Origin: Betaproteobacteria bacterium
Lineage (GTDB): Bacteria; Pseudomonadota; Gammaproteobacteria; Burkholderiales; SG8-41
NCBI GenBank assembly: GCA_016202615.1
Contig: JACQOI010000216.1
Coordinates: 1-44,657 of the forward strand
Reading direction: 5' to 3'
DNA length: 44,657 nucleotides
Translations under genes and position numbers: made by a program
Notes under the pieces: model-generated
The model's database searches: none
The model's input: the letters and a program-made list of their open reading frames with translations, nothing else
Told to the model about the DNA's origin: nothing
Part shown: positions 1-8,789 of the stretch, piece after piece
Layout: each line of letters opens with the position of its first letter
Position numbering within the stretch: position 1 is the stretch's first letter

Positions 1-139
1 AGCTTGATGCAAAACGCTCACACATGTCATTGCGAGGAGCCGCAGGCGACGAAGCAATCTCGCAGTTCATTGATTTCACAAGAAACAAGATTGCCGCGCT
101 GCGCTCGCAATGACAAACAGATGAGTTTTGCATCAAGCT
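1..139. repeat. Nested palindromic intergenic element (long imperfect hairpin, REP/MITE-like); may continue left of the window
   Basis: Perfect inverted repeats read directly: 1-15 AGCTTGATGCAAAAC vs 125-139 GTTTTGCATCAAGCT; 25-36 TGTCATTGCGAG vs 104-115 CTCGCAATGACA; 54-60 GCAATCT vs 88-94 AGATTGC. No credible ORF. Lies directly 3' of the stop (141-143) of the last minus-strand gene. Confidence 0.6.
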
Positions 140-140
140 G

Positions 141-1202
141 CTAAAACAACGAAGCGAACAAAACGTCCCAGCGCGACAGAAGTTGCTCCTCGCTGAAGCT
201 GCTATCGGCATAATGCTTGCCGCGCCGGCCGGCGTCCTCTCTCGCGCCGGCATCTACAATATATCGTTCAAGAACGCGCTGCCAGTCGTCGCTGCTGCGA
301 CACGCCATGCCGAGTCCCGCGCTTTGCATCGCGCGGGCGTACGCCGGCGTTGCCGACACCACTGCGGGCATGCCCATGCGCCAGAACAGCAGCAGCTTGT
401 TCTCGGGCTTGCCCGCGGCGAACGGATCGTCGAGGTCGAGCGGGATTACCGCAAGGTCGCAGCCGCATATGATATGTGAACACGAGCGCTCGTTCCATTC
501 GTGCAGGGCGAAGTCCTTGCACAGCTTGCGTGCGAAATCAGCGGTCCTGCGCCTGCCGTATCTTCGGAGATAGCGGAAATACTCGGGGTCGGTCACGAGG
601 TTGAGCGAAGTCGGGTGTTTGGCGCCGACCGCTTGCAGAACCTCCCTGAGCACGTATAACGATTCCACGTTGGACGCGAGGCCTTCCCATACCAATTTGA
701 ACACCGGCCCCGCCGCATAGTCGTTTTTGACCGCGCGGGCCACGGTCGTGTGAATATCGAGAATCATGTGCACGTTGGCGCAGAATTTCGAGATGTCGCG
801 CTGCTGCTCTTCGGTGGTGCACACCACCGCGTCGGCGCGCCGGCACATGTTCTCGATCGCACGCCAGTGATCGAGGCGCGGATACCGATTTTGCCGCGAG
901 ACAAATTTCGCAAGACCGCGCAGCCGGCCCTTGAGGTTCGACCTGGGAATCGCCAGATAGGAGTCGATCAGGTCGTAGACTATCCGGGCTTTTCCCTCGC
1001 CGTAGCGACTCCACACGCTGATGTCGGCGTTTTCGGTGACGACCACCAGGTCGTAGCTGCGCGCGGGGTCGGCGATTTCGAACGGAATATTGCGGCTGCG
1101 CGCATAGTACGCGAAGCGTCGCCGGTCGCCCGGTTTATCCAGGCCGGGACTGTAGGGCGCATAACCGACGCGCAGCCCCGCGAGCGGATTGCGAGCAGCC
1201 AT
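141..1202 (-). CDS. Putative glycosyltransferase (GT-B-like, family unassigned), 353 aa
   Basis: Track ORF 141..1619 trimmed to the ATG at 1202-1200 (MAARNPLAGLRVGY...). This ATG overlaps the TAA stop of the upstream gene by 1 nt (TAATG). The 139 aa further upstream are Arg/Ala-rich and overlap the neighbouring gene. The C-terminal part (GKPENKLLLFWRMGMPAVVSATPAYARAM) resembles the donor-binding end of GT-B enzymes; family call by eye only. Confidence 0.5.
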   Translation of the reverse strand: MAARNPLAGLRVGYAPYSPGLDKPGDRRRFAYYARSRNIPFEIADPARSYDLVVVTENADISVWSRYGEGKARIVYDLIDSYLAIPRSNLKGRLRGLAKFVSRQNRYPRLDHWRAIENMCRRADAVVCTTEEQQRDISKFCANVHMILDIHTTVARAVKNDYAAGPVFKLVWEGLASNVESLYVLREVLQAVGAKHPTSLNLVTDPEYFRYLRRYGRRRTADFARKLCKDFALHEWNERSCSHIICGCDLAVIPLDLDDPFAAGKPENKLLLFWRMGMPAVVSATPAYARAMQSAGLGMACRSSDDWQRVLERYIVDAGAREDAGRRGKHYADSSFSEEQLLSRWDVLFASLF

Positions 1203-2083
1203 TATTTCCGGAATACCACCGTATAGGCGCTCGCGCGCCCGCGGCGCTCCACCAACATCAGCGGCACACTGAACGCGCATCCGAGCAGGTAAGCGGGCCT
1301 GCGCAGCCACCGGTTCGACAACCGGTTGGCAAGGAAAGCGCCCCAGCCAAAGCGATTCGCGGACCTTGCGCTGAGGTCGTTGGTGATGGTGGCGGCAAGC
1401 CGCAGACCGTGTCGTTGCAGGCGTTCGACGAGAGTTTGGCGCGGAACAAGGCAAGTGTGTCGGGGCGCGTCGACGTGCGGCCAAGCCGCGCCGAGGACCT
1501 GGAATTGCAGCGATTCGGGATTCGGCGTCGCGATCACGAGCACGCCATCGTGAGCGAGATTGGCGGCAACGAGATCGAGCAACTTCCATGGATCGGCCAG
1601 ATGTTCGACGACGTGCCACAGCGCGATCACGTCGTATTTCCCCAGGGTCGGCAGGACTGCGGCAGGATCGTCGCTGGCGATGGCCTTGATACCGAGGACG
1701 TCGTTGATGAAGGTGCAGCAGCGCCGGTCCTTCTCGATGACCTCGACGTCGTAGTTCGCTTCGCGCGCGAGGTAGGCAAAAGCGCCCCGCGACGGACCGA
1801 TTTCGAGCAGGCGGCCGCCGCCCGCGTGGGATCTTATCAGGTCGATCTTGAAGCGCTCGGCGCAGGCCGTCTTCCGCAGTTCATCCAGAGACAAGGTTTG
1901 GTAATAGTCTTCCGCGTAATAAGCGGATAGATCGGCCGGGATGTCCGGCATGAAGATCAAGCCGCAATTTCCGCACCTGAAATAACTGAACTGCGCGTCG
2001 GAACGTCGGCGGTTGAGGTCGCGCGCCGCGAACATAAAGCTCGCATCACTGCGGCATTGCGGGCACTGCATGAGCGCAGTCAT
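1202..2083 (-). CDS. Class I SAM-dependent methyltransferase with N-terminal Cys4 zinc-ribbon, 293 aa
   Basis: Track ORF 1202..2386 trimmed to the ATG at 2083-2081 (MTALMQCPQCRSD...FRCGNCGLIF), 4 nt after the stop of the flippase gene. SAM-binding motif LLEIGPSRGAFAYL and VIALWHVVEHL are typical of Methyltransf_11/23-like enzymes. Confidence 0.8.
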   Translation of the reverse strand: MTALMQCPQCRSDASFMFAARDLNRRRSDAQFSYFRCGNCGLIFMPDIPADLSAYYAEDYYQTLSLDELRKTACAERFKIDLIRSHAGGGRLLEIGPSRGAFAYLAREANYDVEVIEKDRRCCTFINDVLGIKAIASDDPAAVLPTLGKYDVIALWHVVEHLADPWKLLDLVAANLAHDGVLVIATPNPESLQFQVLGAAWPHVDAPRHTCLVPRQTLVERLQRHGLRLAATITNDLSARSANRFGWGAFLANRLSNRWLRRPAYLLGCAFSVPLMLVERRGRASAYTVVFRK

Positions 2084-2087
2084 GGTT

Positions 2088-3602
2088 TTATTTTGATCTT
2101 TGCGGCGGTAACAGCGTACGCGCAAACTCAGCAATCTGCGCCCGCAGTCCGCGCTCGAGCAGACAGTAGCCGGCGAGCGTGTAACAGGCTGCGGCTGTGG
2201 CGAGCACGGCCCACGCAAACCAATACTGGCTGGGGGCAAGGCCGTGAACCAGCAACCGCGCCACTCCGAACACCGTGACGCCGAGGACGACGAACGGCAG
2301 GAAGTTGCCGCGCAGCCATTCGAAATACCCCCGTCCCAAAATGCGACTCTGCACGATGGGCACCAGTACCAGCACGTAATACGCATTGAGGACGGCCCAC
2401 GCCCAAGCGGCGCCGGTGATGCCGTAGCTCTCCAACAGTATGGCCAGCGCCGGCAGATATATCGCGAGGCCCAGCAAGTTGACGCGCAGCGGGATGCCGG
2501 GCCTGCCGCTGGCGACTGCGAGGGTCAGGCAGTTCGAGGCGGCGGCATTCAACATGAAAGCGGCAGCGAGCACCGCCGCGACGTTCGCGGCAGCCAATGC
2601 CGCGTCGCGGACGACCCAGGCGCCCAGAATTTCGGCGCTGAAGAACATGAACATCGCCGCGGGCAGCGTCACCGTATATACAGTGAGCTGGGTGATCTTG
2701 TTATTGCGCGCGCTGAGTCGGGCGATCCGGTCGGTACCGAAGTCGGCGGCGAATGACGGCAGAATCGCGGAATTGAAGCCGCCCTGGATCAACGCAATCC
2801 ACGCGGTGGCGCTGTAGGCCAGATGGTAAAAGCCGAGCGACTCGAGCGGCAGGAACCTGCTGATCGCGATTTTGTCCGTTTGCGTGAGCAGCAGGGCGAT
2901 CACGGATATTGCGCTCATACCCAACGCATAGCGCCAGTTTTCTCGCACAACCCCCGCGGAGAAACGCGGCCAAAGCGACAATCCCGGCACGAGTGTCTTA
3001 CAGCCCACGAGATACGCCACGAGCTCAGCCGCGGAGACCGCGGCTTCCCACCACAACAGATTAAGCAGGTCGCGGTACAGTAACAGCACGACCAGACCGC
3101 CGAGCAGCCGCAGCGTTTGCATACCGGCCTTGAGCAGGTTGAGCAGATCCAGCCGGTTGAGCCCGGATATCACGGCCGCGCATAGCGCGGTCGGACAGCG
3201 CAGCAGCAGCGACACGACAATCAACTGGATGCCGGTCGCAACGGTGGCTGGCGGCAGCTCCGACAACCGAAACCAATGCGTGGCCAGCCAGTCAGCCTGC
3301 CAGGCCAGGCCCGCGCTCGTCATGACCGCGATGGTGCAATAGACCGCCGCTGCGGCTCCAAGCAGCTCTCGTGTCGCTTGATGGTTCGGTGTGGCGTCGG
3401 TTGCGACGCGCTGCACGAGCGTCGCGCCAGCTCCCAGGTCAAGTACTGAAAATACGATTTGCAGCGTCGCGAGCACACCGATCATGCCGTAGGCTTCGCT
3501 ACCCAGGATGCGGATCTGGACCGGGATTACCAGCAGAGTCAATGCAACGATCCACCCCCCGCCCACGGCATTGGTGACAATGTTGCGCCGGATTGCCGTC
3601 AT
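2088..3602 (-). CDS. wzx: Wzx-type oligosaccharide flippase (MOP/polysaccharide biosynthesis protein family), 504 aa
   Basis: ATG at 3602-3600. Hydrophobic throughout, with about 12-14 predicted helices. N-terminus MTAIRRNIVTNAVGGGWIVALTLLVIPVQIRILGSEAYG is the usual start of PST-family flippases. Located in a glycan locus. Confidence 0.7.
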   Translation of the reverse strand: MTAIRRNIVTNAVGGGWIVALTLLVIPVQIRILGSEAYGMIGVLATLQIVFSVLDLGAGATLVQRVATDATPNHQATRELLGAAAAVYCTIAVMTSAGLAWQADWLATHWFRLSELPPATVATGIQLIVVSLLLRCPTALCAAVISGLNRLDLLNLLKAGMQTLRLLGGLVVLLLYRDLLNLLWWEAAVSAAELVAYLVGCKTLVPGLSLWPRFSAGVVRENWRYALGMSAISVIALLLTQTDKIAISRFLPLESLGFYHLAYSATAWIALIQGGFNSAILPSFAADFGTDRIARLSARNNKITQLTVYTVTLPAAMFMFFSAEILGAWVVRDAALAAANVAAVLAAAFMLNAAASNCLTLAVASGRPGIPLRVNLLGLAIYLPALAILLESYGITGAAWAWAVLNAYYVLVLVPIVQSRILGRGYFEWLRGNFLPFVVLGVTVFGVARLLVHGLAPSQYWFAWAVLATAAACYTLAGYCLLERGLRAQIAEFARTLLPPQRSK

Positions 3603-3632
3603 GACCGGGCAATACCGTAGCGGCCGCGGTTT

Positions 3633-4718
3633 TCAGGGGATCGCATACAGCGCTTCGAAGAATGCGGCCTGCACCGCGGCCCGTCGCGCGAACCGGCAAG
3701 ACCAATGCGGTGGTACCGGGTAGTCCTCACGCCGGATCAGCAGCCCGTCTTCACGATTCTTGCTGACGAACCACTGCTTAGAGTAGAAGTGGCCGCGGGT
3801 TACGCGGTCGATCAGCGCGAAATACGCGCGAATTTGATCCGGACGCATCTCGTGCAGCGACGAGATATTGACGAACAGGTTCACGCTTTTGGGCGGCAGC
3901 AGCGCGGCCTGATGGGGCAGCAGGAAGGCAAGCTGCGCTTCTCCCAGTTCCGCAAGCGCGGCGGCATCCCGATCGAAATCGCGAAACCTGAAGACTTTCA
4001 TTCCGGGGAACAACGGCGCCAGGTATTGCTGCGACACGTAAAGCGCGGGCGGGATGTCCACGATGACGTAGCGGCAATTCGGCAGCGCGCTGAGAAACAT
4101 ATACGCATTCCGGCCGTAGCCCGCGCCCAGTTCGCAGATCGTGATCGCGGCGTCGGGCTTCAGTCCGGCCGCATCGGCGATGCAATAGTATTCGAGCGCC
4201 GAATTGGCGAGGTCCTGCGAGATCAACCTGCCGTCAAGGCGGATCGCGAACGGATTGCCGGCCGACGGTTCTTCGATTGTGCGCAACAGTCCCCGCGCAT
4301 CGCGGGCCTGTGCGTAGCGCCACAGCATGCGCGTGAACAGCACCAGCTCCCAGTGCTGTTTGCGCGTGAGCCCCCCGGCCTGATCGAACGGCGGGAAATC
4401 GCCCATGATCGAAGGCCAGTCCCGCAAGCGCGTATGGCGCAGCAGAAAGCGGAACTGACTGTCGATGACGCTGGGGACGAAAGTGAAATAGTTGCGGGCG
4501 AGCGTGCGCTTGAAGTTATCGATGCCGTGCGAACGGAGCTGCGCCATGTTCCGGTCGTTGAGCTTGGTCCAGAATCTTGACGGCAGGTAGACCGGGTCGG
4601 CTTGTTCGAGACATTCGAACATGAGCTGCAGCGTGCGGCCGGGGTCGTCTTCGGGCCGGCCGCGCGCGGCGCTTGGGCCGCCTGCGGCGGGGAGCGGGCG
4701 ACCGTCAGCCGCGGACAT
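3633..4718 (-). CDS. Putative sugar O-methyltransferase (SAM-dependent), 361 aa
   Basis: Motif ICELGAGYGRNAYMFL (glycine-rich SAM loop) in the C-terminal half after a long helical N-domain. This layout resembles the 'putative sugar O-methyltransferase' family found in glycan loci. Start uncertain: ATG 4718 overlaps the upstream gene by 14 nt; the alternative is ATG 4622 (MFECLEQ). Confidence 0.55.
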   Translation of the reverse strand: MSAADGRPLPAAGGPSAARGRPEDDPGRTLQLMFECLEQADPVYLPSRFWTKLNDRNMAQLRSHGIDNFKRTLARNYFTFVPSVIDSQFRFLLRHTRLRDWPSIMGDFPPFDQAGGLTRKQHWELVLFTRMLWRYAQARDARGLLRTIEEPSAGNPFAIRLDGRLISQDLANSALEYYCIADAAGLKPDAAITICELGAGYGRNAYMFLSALPNCRYVIVDIPPALYVSQQYLAPLFPGMKVFRFRDFDRDAAALAELGEAQLAFLLPHQAALLPPKSVNLFVNISSLHEMRPDQIRAYFALIDRVTRGHFYSKQWFVSKNREDGLLIRREDYPVPPHWSCRFARRAAVQAAFFEALYAIP

Positions 4719-5622
4719 CGAGATGTTCCCGCCACCAGCTTATGGTGAGATCGAGTCCCTGGTCGAGGCTGAACCGGGGCGACCAGCGCGCCTGGGTGGC
4801 GAGCCGGTTGACGTCGGCGAGCACCAGCGCAGCTTCATCCTGCCGGGATTCGCGCCGCCCGAAGCTGACAAGTTCGGAATGTCCGAGCTTGTTCACGATG
4901 CGATCCACGATCTGGCGCACCGAGAACGGGGTTCCGGAACCGATGTTCACCGCGCCCTGCAGCGCGCTGTCGAGCACCGCAACGAAGGCCGATGCGACAT
5001 CCGCGACATAAAGGTAGTCGCGCATCTGTTCGCCCGTGGAACAGGAGACCGGTTGCCGGCGCAACAGCGAGCAGATCACTGAGGGCACCAGCCGGCCCGG
5101 CTGCTCTGCCGGACCGTAGAGGAAAAACACGCGCCCCCATGCGCTGCCGAGCCCGGTCTGCCGGGAAACTTCGTCGAGGACCAGGTGCAGTGCGTGCTTG
5201 CAGACGCCATACAGTGCTTGCGGCCGCAGCGGGGTCGTGTCTTCACTGCAGCGGCCGGCCGTCCAGTCATACTCGGCGCAGGTGCCGGCGAATGTCGCGC
5301 GCTGGCCGCCGTGTTTAACGAATGCCCGCAAAAGCCGCAGGCTCGCCTGCACCCAGTCGAGATTTTCCAGCGCTTGCCAGTAACGCCCATGGACCGCATA
5401 CCAGGCGAGATGCAGCAGGTGAGTCGCGCGCACTTTTTCGAGCAGCGCATCGGTCTCGCCGCCCTCGTGCAGGTCCGCACGGTGCCATTGCACGCCGTCA
5501 ATCGCCCCGGCGGGTCGTGACGATACCGCGTGAACTTCGTAGCCGCGCGCGAGCAGCTCGGGTATGCAGTGCCTGCCGATGAATCCGGTGGCTCCGGTGA
5601 GCAGGACGCGCTTCGAATTCAT
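4705..5622 (-). CDS. NAD(P)-dependent epimerase/dehydratase-family SDR, probable NDP-4-ketohexose reductase, 305 aa
   Basis: N-terminal Rossmann motif VLLTGATGFIGRH. Catalytic YxxxK present (YGVCKHAL). ATG 5622 overlaps the stop of the epimerase gene (ATGA). Confidence 0.8.
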   Translation of the reverse strand: MNSKRVLLTGATGFIGRHCIPELLARGYEVHAVSSRPAGAIDGVQWHRADLHEGGETDALLEKVRATHLLHLAWYAVHGRYWQALENLDWVQASLRLLRAFVKHGGQRATFAGTCAEYDWTAGRCSEDTTPLRPQALYGVCKHALHLVLDEVSRQTGLGSAWGRVFFLYGPAEQPGRLVPSVICSLLRRQPVSCSTGEQMRDYLYVADVASAFVAVLDSALQGAVNIGSGTPFSVRQIVDRIVNKLGHSELVSFGRRESRQDEAALVLADVNRLATQARWSPRFSLDQGLDLTISWWREHLDVRG

Positions 5623-6149
5623 GCGGCAAAATCCGGATATTGGCGGTCACGCGGCGATATGATGCGGGTGTCTTCGGGCCACTGGATTCCGAACGCCGGG
5701 TCATTCCATCGCACGCCGCGCGCATGTTCGGGAGCATACGATCCGGCGATCAGATAGTGGACAGTCGAATGGTCGCGCAACGTTTGATAGCCGTGCGCGA
5801 AACCGGCTGGGACATAAAGCGCGCGGGAGTTGTCGGCGCTCAGTTCGGCTGCGAACCAGCGCTTGTAGGTGGGCGAGGCGGGACGTAGATCGACAATGAC
5901 ATCGTACATGGCGCCGGCCACGCAGATTACGACTTTGCTCTCCTCGTGCGGCGCCACCTGGTAATGCATTCCGCGCAGCGTGCCCCTGGCCTTGTTATAC
6001 GCGCTGCTGCATTGGTCTATTCCGGCAGGCAGGCCGTGCCGCTGAAATTCGTCGTGGTCCCACAGGCGCGTAAACGCGCCGCGCTCGTCCTGCGACGGCT
6101 CGAGCTCGACTATCAGCGCGCCCGGCAGGCCGGTGTCATGGAATTTCAT
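5619..6149 (-). CDS. NDP-4-dehydro-6-deoxyhexose 3,5-epimerase (RmlC-family cupin), 176 aa
   Basis: Trimmed to the ATG at 6149-6147 (MKFHDTGLPGALIVE), which forms an ATGA overlap with the upstream stop. RmlC hallmarks: DERGAFTRLW, GTLRGMHYQ, HEESKVV.C..GAMYDVIVDLR, YVPAGFAHGYQTL. Confidence 0.85.
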   Translation of the reverse strand: MKFHDTGLPGALIVELEPSQDERGAFTRLWDHDEFQRHGLPAGIDQCSSAYNKARGTLRGMHYQVAPHEESKVVICVAGAMYDVIVDLRPASPTYKRWFAAELSADNSRALYVPAGFAHGYQTLRDHSTVHYLIAGSYAPEHARGVRWNDPAFGIQWPEDTRIISPRDRQYPDFAA

Positions 6150-7372
6150 GCGATGACTTCGACGGCCGGTACCGGCACCACGAACCGGCCTCGCCAATCC
6201 CGGATGTAGGCGAGCTGCTGCATGATCTCGTTCTTCCAGTTCCATGGCAGTATCAGCACATAATCGGGGCGCGTTCGCCTGATCCGGTCGGGATGATGAA
6301 TCGGAATATGCGTGCCGGGCAGATAGCGCCCTTGCTTGTGCGGATTGCGGTCGACAGTGTAATCCAGGAAGTCGCGCCCGATGCCGCAGTAATTGAGCAG
6401 CGTGTTGCCCTTGGCCGGCGCGCCGTAACCGACGATGCTCTTGCCGGCTTGCTTGGCCGAGACCAGGAACGCCAGCAGTTCCAGCTTGCGGGTTTTGACT
6501 TCTTTGCCGAACTCGCCGTAGGTTTCAAGGCGGTCGAGCCGTCCGCGGCGCTCGCGGTCGCGCACGGCGGCGACGCGATCGGATACGGGCCGGTGCGCGG
6601 ACGGCCGGTGTTGTGCGTATACCCGCAGCGAGCCGCCGTGCGTATCGAGGTCTTCGACATCGAACACCGACAATCCATGCTCGAGCAAGGTCCGCTCCGC
6701 TGTGAGCAGCGAAAAATACGAAAAGTGCTCGTGATATATCGTGTCGAACTGCACTTCCTCGATCAGGCGCAGCAGGCTTGGAAACTCGATACTCAAAACG
6801 CCGCCGGGTTTGAGCAGCAGCGCGAGCCCGCTCACGAAATCGTTCAAATCCGGCACGTGGGCGAGCACGTTGTTGGCGACGAGCAAATCCGCCGTCGCAC
6901 CATCCGACACCATTTCCTTCGCAGTTTGGGAACCGAAAAATCCGATGCGGGTGGGAATGCCGCGCGCGATGGCAACTTGAGCGACATTTTCCGCCGGATC
7001 GACGCCGAGCACCTGAACGTTATGACGCTTGAAATTTTCGAGCAGGCAGCCGTCGTTGCTTCCGATCTCGACGACGCGGTGCTCCTGAGTCAATTCGAAA
7101 CGCATGACGGCAACCTCCGCAAATGCCCGGCAGTGACTGACCCAGCCGTCGGCATAGGAGGAGAAGTAGGCATATTCGCTGAAGATGTTTTGCGGCGTTT
7201 CGAATTGCGGCAACTGCACGAGGTAACAGGAGGTGCAAACGCAGGCGTGCAGCGGGTAGAACGTTTCCGGCAGCGGCAGGTCCGTGTCTGCCGGGAACGA
7301 ATTTGCGAGCGGCGACATGCCGAGGTCGCAGAAAGACTGCACGCGGGAGCCGCCGCAGAGCCGGCACTTCAC
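6146..7372 (-). CDS. NDP-hexose C-methyltransferase (TylC3/EryBIII-like: Zn-binding N-domain + class I MT + C-methyltransferase C-domain), 408 aa
   Basis: No ATG near the conserved N-terminus. GTG at 7372-7370 (VKCRLCGGSRVQSFCDLGMSPLANSF) overlaps the upstream TGA (GTGA). Family-typical motifs: CxxC...PLAN.F...YPL....C..C.LVQL...YAYFSS, VVEIGSNDG, and C-terminal IVGYGAPAKGNTLLNYCGI. Confidence 0.8.
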   Translation of the reverse strand: MKCRLCGGSRVQSFCDLGMSPLANSFPADTDLPLPETFYPLHACVCTSCYLVQLPQFETPQNIFSEYAYFSSYADGWVSHCRAFAEVAVMRFELTQEHRVVEIGSNDGCLLENFKRHNVQVLGVDPAENVAQVAIARGIPTRIGFFGSQTAKEMVSDGATADLLVANNVLAHVPDLNDFVSGLALLLKPGGVLSIEFPSLLRLIEEVQFDTIYHEHFSYFSLLTAERTLLEHGLSVFDVEDLDTHGGSLRVYAQHRPSAHRPVSDRVAAVRDRERRGRLDRLETYGEFGKEVKTRKLELLAFLVSAKQAGKSIVGYGAPAKGNTLLNYCGIGRDFLDYTVDRNPHKQGRYLPGTHIPIHHPDRIRRTRPDYVLILPWNWKNEIMQQLAYIRDWRGRFVVPVPAVEVIA

Positions 7373-8784
7373 GCTGCGCCCCCGGTCGGATGCGCACGGC
7401 GAGCGCGCAGATCGCGCCAGGCGGTCAGGGCGCCCGCGACGCCGAGCGCGACCAGGGTCATCATGAATCCGTATCTCATGCGGTAGAGAGCCCCGACGTT
7501 GGGTATTGCATACGCGTAGGCCACTATCATGGCGCCGCAGAAGATCAGCGTCAGCCAGATTTCGAGCCTGCGCCGCCACGCCCACAGCGCATAGGGTAGG
7601 AACAATAGCGCGGCGTAGACCCCGAGCATCTCCACTGCCGCGATTCGCCCCATGACCGAGGCGGCCGGTGCTGCCTTCTGTTCGAGCCACCCGCCGGGAA
7701 AGGGCGCGAAAAACCCGATTTGGACGGCGCGCGGCAGATAGCCGATAAAGTCACCGGCCTGAGAAAAAGCGATTTGCGTGTCGATGTTGCTGCCAGCGCC
7801 GGGATAACTCTGGACAAAGCTGGTGCGTGCCCGTGCGATGTTGAAAAAAGCATTTTCCGTTTGTTTCGGCAGCCAGTCTGTCGGCAGCCATGATGCGGCT
7901 AATGTTGCGGCGGCGCGGTTTGGGGCTGTCGTAACGAGAGATGCGCGGTCGATGTTCATGTCCGGGGCTTCGATTGACAGCCGGTCATCCTTGGCAGTCA
8001 GCCCCAGCAGCGGAAACGCGACGCACAACACGATTACGGGCAGAACAATTCCCCATGAGGTAGCGCCCCGGATTGCGGCCCTGACAAGTACAATCGCGAA
8101 AACCACGGCAAAAATCAGGGTGACGCCTTGCATAAGCTGGATGCCGTATGGTCTCACGATCCAGACGAGCCCCAGACCGACAATGATCAGCGCCATCGGC
8201 CGGGCGATGACTGACAGACTGCTTTTCCAGATCCCCGGGCGAGCCAGCAACAACCAGCCATACAGATACAACAGCATCCCCGCGATATAAAAGCCGTCCT
8301 TGTGTATTTGGGCGTACCATTGCGCCGCCGATGGATACAGGACAAACGGCAACGCGGCGCACAGCGCGGCGCGGTAACTCTGCGTAATCGATTCCACGAT
8401 CAATATCAGCGCGACTCCGGCGGTGGCGTGCAGTGCCGCGTTGATCGGAATGAATGTCCACGGCTGCGGTACGGTCAGGGCGTAAACCGCGGCGGCGATT
8501 CCCGCCGGCGCCTGGTTCTCCGGCGCAAGGCGCCACGCAGACCATCCCACCGTCCGAATCGCCGCCGCCATTCTCGCGGCGATGTCGTGAAACACGACGG
8601 CATCCGTCCCCGTGAACAGTCCGTTTCCGCCATGCGACGACGATAGCAGGTGTGGCAGCACGAAGAATTGCACGAGCCCCGCGATGACCGCGGAAAACAC
8701 AAAGAAAGCGAGCCAGACGGTCCCGATCGATGGCGCGCGCGCGCCAGGGCTGCCTGCTTTATTGCACGGGGTTTCGCTCTTCAT
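7369..8784 (-). CDS. Polytopic inner-membrane protein (10 or more helices plus one ~110-aa loop); candidate Wzy-like polymerase or other glycan-processing membrane enzyme, 471 aa
   Basis: ATG 8784-8782. Repeated hydrophobic stretches (VWLAFFVFSAVIAGLVQFFVL, FYIAGMLLYLYGWLLLA, WGIVLPVIVLCVAFPLLGL, IWLTLIFCGAMIVAYAYAI). A large hydrophilic loop lies between helices 7 and 8. No soluble-enzyme motif recognised; function inferred from context only. Confidence 0.4.
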   Translation of the reverse strand: MKSETPCNKAGSPGARAPSIGTVWLAFFVFSAVIAGLVQFFVLPHLLSSSHGGNGLFTGTDAVVFHDIAARMAAAIRTVGWSAWRLAPENQAPAGIAAAVYALTVPQPWTFIPINAALHATAGVALILIVESITQSYRAALCAALPFVLYPSAAQWYAQIHKDGFYIAGMLLYLYGWLLLARPGIWKSSLSVIARPMALIIVGLGLVWIVRPYGIQLMQGVTLIFAVVFAIVLVRAAIRGATSWGIVLPVIVLCVAFPLLGLTAKDDRLSIEAPDMNIDRASLVTTAPNRAAATLAASWLPTDWLPKQTENAFFNIARARTSFVQSYPGAGSNIDTQIAFSQAGDFIGYLPRAVQIGFFAPFPGGWLEQKAAPAASVMGRIAAVEMLGVYAALLFLPYALWAWRRRLEIWLTLIFCGAMIVAYAYAIPNVGALYRMRYGFMMTLVALGVAGALTAWRDLRARRAHPTGGAA

Positions 8785-8789
8785 GCGGA

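Noticed and set aside
1203-1619. Long N-terminal extensions of track ORFs, for example 141-1619, 1202-2386, 5619-6245, 6146-7690, 16172-17389, 23660-24715, 35187-37394 and 40976-42265.
   Set aside because: The extensions overlap the upstream gene and are Arg-rich. They precede internal ATG/GTG codons that coincide with the upstream stop and with the family-typical N-terminus.
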